DNA of 62,075 nt, counting the filler. It is 15 parts of 15 records of this genome, joined end to end, with 100 filler letters (N's around TTAATTAATTAA, not from the genome) between each part and the next. Parts side by side here need not be neighbours in the genome. Positions count along the whole stretch, not along the records: positions 46,287 to 49,660 come from SRR7504441_11037; positions 49,761 to 53,160 come from SRR7504441_11039; positions 53,261 to 58,001 come from SRR7504441_11043; 12 more parts are not named here. One strand, 5' to 3'. Each line of letters starts with the position of its first letter. Position 1 is the stretch's first letter. Position numbers and translations under genes: made by a program. Below, one piece after another: positions 46,668 through 55,225 of the stretch. The notes under the pieces are model-generated. The model worked only from the letters and a program-made list of their open reading frames with translations, made no database searches and was not told the DNA's origin.

Positions 46668-48134
46668 TCACTTCTCGTGGAAGGTACTGAACGTAAGGAC
46701 TGATGTGGAGAATGGGCTAGTTGCCCAAACCTCCAAGCGCTCTCCAGTCTCAGCATCTGCCGGTCCAACTGTCATCGCCGGGCAGGCTGGGCAAGTCGCA
46801 CCGTATGTTCGGATGGTGTTCTTGTCATTCACGAACAACTTCTCCGCATCGTATAGCATGCCAAGAGGATAAGACAGCTCCTTGTCCTCGAAATGCTCCA
46901 CGTATTTCCCTGCCATACTGTCACGCGCCGACTTGACAGGGCCGGCCACCCTCAAGATCGAACTTGACAATCACATTTCCAGCATACGGGCCAGTAGCGT
47001 AGAGGTACTTGGTAGAATCACCAGTTCCGAACGCCATGCCATTGGCATAGTTGACCTTCTTGTCGGTGATCTTAGCAGAGCCTGCGCACTTGTGCGTTCC
47101 GTTGTTGGCCATTTTGTACACTCCATCGTTGTACTCACTGCCAGCCAGCAGCTTAGACCAGCGCATTGGCCCCGCAGGAAAGACCTTGTCCCATAGATGT
47201 CGGACGATGCCACACCCTCGGACGAGTCTGGCCCGACGACGACCTCAAACACACCGTCGACGCCCCCGCAGAACTCGCCGAGCGGTGCGCCGGTATACGC
47301 GTTGTACATGTTGACACTGTTGGTGTTGAAGCTGGCCGCAAGAAGCATGGGTTGGTCTCTCGCGGTGGTGTGCCTCGACTTCCCGTTGTAGAATGTTAAC
47401 CCACGCGGGCTTCCGGGTACGCTGGCGAACTTCTTGATGAATGTGCCGTCGCACGCATCGTACTGGAGGAGACTGCCCCCCCCCCCCCTTAGCATCGGCA
47501 GTCGATAGATGAAGCCACCTCTTAGTTCCCTCGCTCGCGACGAGCACGGTGCGCGGCTGGGCAGGATCGTCGAATGTGTTAAACTTGATCCCCCACGGAT
47601 GCTTGAGTCCGCCGCTCCCGGGCTGGATGAAGACATCCACGTACTCTTTGGTGGCGTAGTCAAACTTGAGTACCTGGCTGTTGGTGTAGTCCGAAACGAA
47701 CAGGTACTTGCCTGCCCGCCGGATCAGCCGGCTTCCAAGCCCGGCCGGGGCGCACGGGTGTTCTGGGTAGTGATGGAGCTCGAGGCGTCGCTCTTGGGCG
47801 ACTCCTCTCCGTTCTTGTTGACAGCGGTGTAGTGGAAGATGTATGAGGTTGTCTTCTTGAGACCGGTGACGAAGTAATGGATGGAGGTGGCCTCGTCGGC
47901 GAAGTTCTCAGCGAGCACGACCGCCATCTTCTGGAGCGTCTTGCCCCCACCGGTGGCGTAGACTTGGTACCGGTGGATGTCTGTATCGGTGTGTTTGTTG
48001 AACGAGACTCGAACTCCGCACGAGGACGCCGTGGTTGCATCTAGAGTAGGCGCCAAGGTCGGCTTGGCGGGCGTTGCACTTGCGGCAAGGGAAAGCTGAG
48101 CCACGAAGGCTATCTGGAGGAACTTGAACGCCAT
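46668..48134 (-). CDS. Secreted fibronectin type III + NHL-type beta-propeller protein; 5 introns
   Basis: Signal peptide; FN3 motif VTGLKKTTSYIFHYTAVNKNGEES; blades LFVSDYTNSQVLKFD, FIQPGSGGLKHPWGIKF and GSPRGLTF. Introns at 47712-47755, 47473-47518, 47138-47184, 46910-46949 and 46757-46801. Confidence 0.85.
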
Positions 48135-48228
48135 TGCCAACGAGCTTGCTTGGCGAGAAAAGTCCTAACCGAAAAAATATTATGCCGGCAGCTGAGCTCC
48201 AGCAGGGGTGCAGTTGGGGGTGGCCACC

Positions 48229-49660
48229 ATGTCTGTGGCCGAAGCGGAGGCCGAGCTAGCGGCAATCCAGCGGGCGCTCCGGGCCGACCGGGCCCCGCGG
48301 CTGGGCTCGGCGGCGGTGCTCCGGCTGGTGCAGGTGACGGACGTTTACCTGCTCGATCATTTCCCCTCGCTGTCCACCCTGGTACAAGCCAAGAAGGCCG
48401 AGACTGCCCGGCTGTACGGCCCGGGCGCCAAGGCAGTGAGCTGCCTGACTGGCGACTTCCTGATGCCCTACCTGCTGAGCACGGTGGACCGGGGCACCGG
48501 GATGATGCAGGCATGGCCCGCCGGTAGGCCGCGGCTGACCCCGGGGCTAGATGCTCAATCAGACCCCGATAGAGTATGTGTGCTGGGGCAACCACGAGAA
48601 GGACCTCAAGCACGAGTACGTGATGGAGCGCGAGCGCGAGTACCAAGGGGTCTGGCTGAACTCAAACATGCAGGCGCACCAGTCGTTCGAGCACAGCCGC
48701 TGCCAGCGGGGATCGGCCCGGATCGATCTGCGCTCGGCCGATGGGAGCAACTGCCGGCGGGTGGATCTGATCGGGGTGCTGAGTGACTCGCCCGGGCTGT
48801 ACAAGCCGAATGATTTTGGCGGGTGCCCGATCGAGGACCCTTGGGTGGGTCGTGTGTGTGCGGGTGAGAGCTCGGGGGCAGGAGACGATGCGTCGGGAGA
48901 AGGCCAGGCTGGAGCAAGAGGGGTCGGACCTGGTGCTGCCGCTGTGCCACCTCTACGAGGACCAGGATGAGCGGACGGCTCGTGAGCTTGATTTCCCTTT
49001 AATCCTTTCGGGCCACGATCACCATATCGTGGATAAAAAGGTCGACGGCACCAGGATCCTCAAACCAGGCGCCGACGCCCGCTGCGCCTGGGTCGTAGAC
49101 ATATGCTGGCCGGCGGCCGGATCGGTCCGGCCGGAGATCACTGCGGAGCTCGTCACTGTGGCTGACTGGAAACCAAACCCTGAGATGGCGGCGTTTGTGG
49201 ACAAAGCCTACCGCGCGATCGACAACCTCCGAAACACAGAGCTATGCAAGATCCCGGACCGGTTCCGGCCGCTCACCGCGTTCGAGGCCCGCGACAAGCG
49301 GGTGAGCATGGGCACGTTCATGTGCTCGCTGTTTAAAGAAGCGCTCAACCTCGATTCGCCTGGGCACTGCGAGTGTGTGATCATCAAGGCTGGCTCCTGC
49401 CCGCGGTCCCAGAAGTGCTACGGGCCAACCGAGAGCTTCACGCTGGAGGCGTTGCGGTCGGAGATCCAGGAACCGAATTGCCTGGTGGTCGTGCAGGTCC
49501 CTGGACACGTGCTTAGAGGTGGGCTGAGGGAGACGTGGACTCATCCGAACCCCGGCTGGATGCAGCACGACGAATCGGTGCAGGTTGACGATCAGGGGTA
49601 CGTTGTGAGCATCAACGGAGCGCCGCTGGAGCCCGACCGGTTGTATAGAGTAGGCACAGC
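48229..49660 (+). CDS. 5'-nucleotidase-like calcineurin-fold metallophosphoesterase (3'-truncated); 2 introns
   Basis: QVTDVY, TGDFL, WGNHE, LCH, ILSGHDH, plus a C-terminal nucleotidase-like domain. Introns at 48511-48550 (GC) and 48845-48881. Confidence 0.88.
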
Positions 49661-50426
49661 NNNNNNNNNNNNNNNNNNNNNNNNNNNNNNNNNNNNNNNN
49701 NNNNTTAATTAATTAANNNNNNNNNNNNNNNNNNNNNNNNNNNNNNNNNNNNNNNNNNNNCCTCCCGCGGTGGCCGTACATGTAATATACTCTAAATTCG
49801 ATATTGATACAGTAACAATCTACTTCAAGTCTTTGCTACAGTAAGCCTTTGCATGATTGTAAGTACTGTACATGCATATGTACCGTTACGGGAACTGTAT
49901 CGTTTGTGTGAACCGGCAGACCATCATGATTTTTGTGATGCCGGCGACATCATCGAGGTCTACTGAGTGCGCAAGACACTAAAGGTCTGTACCTTACCTT
50001 CTTTGCCGGTGTATCTGCAATCGCAAAATCAAGCATGCATCGGCAACAGAACTACTTACTTGTAATCATTCTTGGAGTTATCCATCCCGAGTGACCAGCA
50101 GCAGCCGCCCTGGACGTTCTTGAGGCCTGAGGCTGCCTTGAGACGTGCGGCTGCCTCGGGCTCGGTGCTGGCATTGGTCCAGAAGCACTTCTTCTTGCGA
50201 TTGACCACCCGCCAAGCCCAGGCCTCGGTCTCAGGAGCAGTAGTAGTAAACACCCTGCACCGGTCTCGCTTACAGTCTAGCCGATGGGAGCGATGGGAGC
50301 GATGGGAGCGGCAGGGCCATCGAGCGAGCATCAATGAATTCGCAGGCCGCGCCCAACCGGAGGTACTGGTGTCGCCGACCGAGGCTGGCAAGGAACGCGA
50401 GGTGCGGCCGGGAGGAGGGATTCCGA

Positions 50427-50472
50427 TCAGGGGTCAGGATCGCGGGAGGTCAGGGGTCAGGATCGCGGGAGG
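50427..50472. repeat. 23-bp tandem duplication
   Basis: tcaggggtcaggatcgcgggagg x2; cgatgggag x3 also occurs at 50282-50308. Confidence 0.9.
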
Positions 50473-50854
50473 TTTTGATGGGAGCGAGACTGAGGCAACT
50501 GAGGGCGAAGAGGCCAAGGCCACAAGCCACCTGAGGTCGGGGGTAGAAGATCATGGGCAAGAGGGCCGGGCGCCCGCTCCCCAAGCACGGCCCGAGCCAG
50601 GAGCGGACGGGGGTCTAGCCGTGAGAGGGGCTTACATGTGCTTTGGTAGTGGATGCAGCTCTCGACGTACACGTCTCTCGTCCAAACGGGCGCCAGCACC
50701 TGCCACAACGGCAATCGGGCCCCACTGTGCGAAGCCGTGGCTGGTGGTGGTGGTGCACGGGGTGGCATTCGCCATGGGTACAGGCGGTCCTGCTCGGGCT
50801 GTACTGGCACCGGCTGCCGTGCGAGCTGACGATAGTCGTTGTCAATGACGGACC

Positions 50855-52831
50855 ATGGACAAGGGTAGGTGCGTGTTGCGATGGAAACTGGACGAGAAGC
50901 CGCCCTCGGGGGAGTGTAAGAATGTCGCGTTCCGCGATGGTGCGGCGTACCTCAATGGCGTGTATGAACACGGTGGTGTCGACGGTGGGTACAACCTTAC
51001 AACGAAAGCGCTCCCCCGTCGAATCCTGCAGCAGTTCTCTATGTCCCTCGACTTTCGCGACATGTCGGAGGACGGGGAAGCGGGCGGGAGAGCGATCCTC
51101 ACAGGGGGGCATTGGACTCGCTGGTTTAGCCTCTTTTTCAGCCAGATGACCCGCGTGTGTGGTGATACCTGTCAGCACTACCGCCGTATCTGTTGCGGTT
51201 TAAACAACAGTCAGCCCTGGTTCGTATTAGATCTGCCGGAACCGCCGCGGCAGTGCTGGAACCACATTGAGGTTGCTGTTGACATCGCCGCTCGCCGCAT
51301 GCAGGTTGCACTCCAGACCCCAGACCACCCACTATGCGTCGAAGATATTGAGGTCAGGGATCGTTATGATCTGCAAGGTTACCGCACACGAGTCGAGGAC
51401 AATGACTGCTGCTTCACATTCGCCAACTATAGCAACGGAGGAACCTTCAAGGGGTATATCAAAGACTTTCAGGTTCACGATCGAGCGTGTTTTCGCGCTC
51501 CCACCCCGGAAGCCCTCGCCGCAGTCCGTGAGGAGGAGAATACCGCATTGATGGCTGGATTGATGGCAGCCCCCGCGCCTGCTCCCCCCGAGGCTCCTCT
51601 CACCCGCCAGGGCTCCGAGCTGAGTGACTTTATCGCCGAAGCAGAAAGTCTGCTCGATCTCGACCTCCAAAGAGTCAGCAGTGGTCTGACTGACTGCAGC
51701 CTCGAAGGATCCTGCGGTGAGACCAATGACCCAAGTTACGCTCTCGTGAAGCGCAGGTCTGATCTGAGTGAACTCATTACAGCGGTAGAGGCCGAGGTTG
51801 GTGAGGCAACCCCGCCGCCCTCGCCTCTTTCCCCGGCCCAAAGCATCAAACTGCACCGTATTGACAGCAAACTGCGGGAGCAGCGCAACAAAGAAGTGGA
51901 CGCCTCGTGCCCGCTCTGCCTCTGCCCGCTCTGGAGCCCCGTCTCGGTGCCTCGCTGCGGCCATACCTTCTGCCTCGAGTGCATCCTAGAATACACCGAA
52001 CATTGCCAGCGGAACGGCCAAGCCAAGCGATGCCCCATCTGCCGTGCGGAGCTTGGCTCGTGGCGCCCCTCGCTCACCGACATAGACCTCGAGTGCGAAG
52101 CAGCAGCGATCAATGTGCTGGGCCGCACAGACTCGATGGATGCTCGAGAGGCTGCCCGGGAAGCTGAGCGTGTCGCACTCGAGAAAGCGCACCAGGAACG
52201 GGCCGAAAGAGAGGCGGAGGGGAGGCGGCTCTTAAAGAGTGGCGAGACCTTGAAGATTCGGTGTGGGTTCAAGCTCTATAGTTCTGTGGTGGATGGATAT
52301 GTCGCATCAAGAGAGCAGTATTCACTGTATGTTGATGCTGTCGGCGCGGGTGACACGAAGGTCCCAGTTGGCTTAATACTCGAACAGGTCACATTTGAGC
52401 AGCATGCTGCGCACTGGTGGACAGGAGATCCTTATGCTCACCGGCAGCGCAGCACGGGTCCAGATTTCAGCATTCTTGCCACAAAGTCGGCTGGGCAGTT
52501 TGGAGTGAAGTTCCACCTACGGTTCAAGCCAGCAACGGGGCTGCCCCCGCTGGCAGTCTTCTTGGATAGCTTTGGAGAGGCAGGGTTGCAGGCTGGGCAA
52601 AAAACCGTGTTCGTGCCGCTCCCAACGTGGGGCGACATTAGTCCGAGTGAGAAGCGGCTGCGGTTAGAGATAGGCAAGTTACGCAAGAGGCTCCAGGCAG
52701 TGGACGCCGTGCCTTCGAGCGCTGCTGCCGCCGCCGCAGAGAAGGAGGCGAAACGGGCTGCGGCAGTGGCTGCGCACCAGAAGATGATGGCTGATAAAAA
52801 GGCCCAAGCAGCGGCCCGGCGGCGGCAATGA
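50855..52831 (+). CDS. C3HC4 RING-finger protein with LamG-like N-terminal and YEATS-like C-terminal domains (intronless)
   Basis: CPLC...CGHTFCLEC...CPIC; WNHIEVAVD...FKGYIKDFQVHDRA (LamG-like). The flanking domain calls are by eye. Confidence 0.82.
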   Translation: MDKGRCVLRWKLDEKPPSGECKNVAFRDGAAYLNGVYEHGGVDGGYNLTTKALPRRILQQFSMSLDFRDMSEDGEAGGRAILTGGHWTRWFSLFFSQMTRVCGDTCQHYRRICCGLNNSQPWFVLDLPEPPRQCWNHIEVAVDIAARRMQVALQTPDHPLCVEDIEVRDRYDLQGYRTRVEDNDCCFTFANYSNGGTFKGYIKDFQVHDRACFRAPTPEALAAVREEENTALMAGLMAAPAPAPPEAPLTRQGSELSDFIAEAESLLDLDLQRVSSGLTDCSLEGSCGETNDPSYALVKRRSDLSELITAVEAEVGEATPPPSPLSPAQSIKLHRIDSKLREQRNKEVDASCPLCLCPLWSPVSVPRCGHTFCLECILEYTEHCQRNGQAKRCPICRAELGSWRPSLTDIDLECEAAAINVLGRTDSMDAREAAREAERVALEKAHQERAEREAEGRRLLKSGETLKIRCGFKLYSSVVDGYVASREQYSLYVDAVGAGDTKVPVGLILEQVTFEQHAAHWWTGDPYAHRQRSTGPDFSILATKSAGQFGVKFHLRFKPATGLPPLAVFLDSFGEAGLQAGQKTVFVPLPTWGDISPSEKRLRLEIGKLRKRLQAVDAVPSSAAAAAAEKEAKRAAAVAAHQKMMADKKAQAAARRRQ

Positions 52832-53260
52832 GGCAAGTCCTGACCAAATAATTAGTAAACGATTAGGGAAACAAATCCGCCGTCAGGCGTGGAGGTTCTT
52901 TCCCTGGGTAAAATGTTTATAAGGATCAATGTTCAAGTTCATAAGGATACAGCCCACGGCCGGGACTGGGGCGCTCGCGGCTGCGTGCTTCTGGAGGTCT
53001 GGATAGACTCCACGGCGATCCGCCCGCGCGGCCGCTACGGCCCGAGCGAAGGCAGCTGTGCAGTTGGTGGCTTCCCGGGATGTGATCCTGAATCCGCCAC
53101 CAGCTGAGCTCGTCGCTTTGTGAAGGATCGCGTGGGCATTAGACCCCTCAGTACTACTTGNNNNNNNNNNNNNNNNNNNNNNNNNNNNNNNNNNNNNNNN
53201 NNNNTTAATTAATTAANNNNNNNNNNNNNNNNNNNNNNNNNNNNNNNNNNNNNNNNNNNN

Positions 53261-53645
53261 CGCGATTGCCTTGGCTACCTGTGTCCCTGCCGCGCCCCCC
53301 CGGTGCAGTCTGTTCCGCCGATGGCTTTGTATTAGCCGGCTTGGCTGGCACAGCGGGCTTTGCACCAGCAGGTGGTGCTGCAGATGATGCAGGTTTAGCT
53401 GGTGTGGCGGACTTTTCAGGCTGTGCTGGCGGTGTTGCCCCGAGTTTGATTTCGGATATCCGTTGCGAGTCGGATAGCCGTTCGAGTGTGCCCTGAACTC
53501 CGTTCATACGACTGTTGAGCTGTTCGATCTGGTTGGCTGTTAGGACCAGCTGCAGTAGCATTCCGCCCACGAGGAGCGACACCAGTGCGGCCGCAACAAG
53601 TTGCCACCGGCCAGCGCGCCGCCAGCGCCCACCGTCACTCGGCAT
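53261..53645 (-). CDS. Single-pass membrane protein N-terminus (3'-truncated)
   Basis: Basic stretch, then TM segment LVAAALVSLLVGGMLLQLVL, a short coiled coil and a P/A/K linker. Confidence 0.6.
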
Positions 53646-53934
53646 TCAGAGAGGCTACCCCCCCTCCTCCCTCCGCCCCAGGAAAGCAAGGTGGCGTGTC
53701 CTGTGTGTGTGTGTGGCCAGGCCTAGGAGGTGCTGGAAGGATCTTCCCAAGTGCCGCGGTGCCGCAGTGGGTAATCAATCCGACTGTGTGGCCGGCTCCA
53801 GTGGTCAGTGCGCTCGGCTTTGCTTGATGTGGGAGGAGTCGGGTCTCACGGTGCAGCTCGGAGGCGAAGGGGGAGGTCGCCGCCGCCGTCCTCGCCACGC
53901 CCCTCTTCGCCAACGGAAATCCGAACGTGTGCCA

Positions 53935-55050
53935 ATGTCACGGAGGGAATGGCAAGCAGCAAAGAAGGCACACCACCGGCCGTTCGACTTCGACCAGTAC
54001 TATCCGGCGATCAGCAACCACACCTGGCGGTCGCTTGTGCTGCCGTTCCCTCCGGAGCTCGCCCGGGCCTGCCTCAACTACTACCAGGCGCGGTTCAATA
54101 ACCGTCGGCACCTGTTGCTGCCGGAGGACGCTGCGCTGCTCAGAGGCCTGGAGGCCAGCCTGGACGAGCACATGGCCGCGCTCGGAGGCAGCGGCTTCTT
54201 TGTGAGGATGAGCAATCGCTCCCCCAAGGACGGTATGCCTCTCGAGCGAGGTGCACTCCGCCGCCAGTTCCTCACTGCACTCGGGGAGGACGAGGGCGCG
54301 TCCTGCAGCAGTTCGGAGCTGCTGGCGGCGCACAGCCCCAACGAACTGATGGTGGCGTTCAGTGGGGCGGTGAGCATGGCGCTGCGGGTGCGGAACGGCA
54401 GAGAGGCGATGTGCCTGCTGCTCACCTCAGAGCGGGTCTTCCTGGACCTGAACCTCGCAATGGACTGCGCAGCTGACGCCGGGGATGAATGGGGCACGTA
54501 TCTCATCGTGCGGGAATGGGATGAGCAGCTTCGGCATGACTGGGAGTTCCGCTGCTTCGTGAAGGATCGCAGGCTCTATGCAATCAGCCAATACAACCAC
54601 TACTGCGTGTTCGCTGGGCTGACTGCAGCCTGCGAAGGGGACGGTGCAAGTGCTCTAAGAAAGGATATATTTGACTATTGGAATGCGGTGAAAGGAAGCA
54701 TCGAGGCTGTGACAGGCCCAGATTATGTGATAGATCTGGCTTTGTTAGCCGATGGTCGGTGGCGAGTGGTTGAATTGAATCCTCATGCCACCGACACGGG
54801 TGGCTGCCTCTACCACTGGGATGAGCTCAAGCAGATACATCCTCGAGAGGGCGGCGATTGCGACTTTAGGATCAAGTGCGATGTGATGGACAATTTGGAT
54901 CAATTCGTCGAGGCTTGTGTGATGCCACAACTCGATGAGCATGACACTAGTATAAGTGGTGAATCAATCGGGCCTTGGGAAGAATATTTGCAACTGGCCG
55001 AGCCAGAGCCGGTGCAGACCAAAACTAAGGCGGGTTGTTGTATGTCATGA
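53935..55050 (+). CDS. CDC123/D123-like (R2K clade) ATP-grasp protein with a C-terminal CaaX box
   Basis: FFVRMSNRSPKDG, LLTSERVFLDL, VREW, EFRCFV...LYAISQY, YVIDLA, VVELNP, GCLYHW; ends KTKAGCCMS*. An alternative start is at 53828. Confidence 0.85.
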   Translation: MSRREWQAAKKAHHRPFDFDQYYPAISNHTWRSLVLPFPPELARACLNYYQARFNNRRHLLLPEDAALLRGLEASLDEHMAALGGSGFFVRMSNRSPKDGMPLERGALRRQFLTALGEDEGASCSSSELLAAHSPNELMVAFSGAVSMALRVRNGREAMCLLLTSERVFLDLNLAMDCAADAGDEWGTYLIVREWDEQLRHDWEFRCFVKDRRLYAISQYNHYCVFAGLTAACEGDGASALRKDIFDYWNAVKGSIEAVTGPDYVIDLALLADGRWRVVELNPHATDTGGCLYHWDELKQIHPREGGDCDFRIKCDVMDNLDQFVEACVMPQLDEHDTSISGESIGPWEEYLQLAEPEPVQTKTKAGCCMS

Positions 55051-55225
55051 CAGTAAACCAGTTTTTAATAACGGTTCGCTAGCTATCATTTTTCAACTGG
55101 CAAGTTGTTTAGCTCGTGCAGCAGGTACAAAGTCTCAGGTCACATCAGGTCACAATGTCATAAAGTAGATCTACAACATTACTAGAGCATTCCACTTGCC
55201 ATGGCCTGCCCCGACCAATGCAAAC

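Noticed and set aside
50056-50810. Minus-strand gene upstream of the RING gene
   Set aside because: Some ORF pieces look plausible, but I could not build a consistent splice model or recognise a domain.
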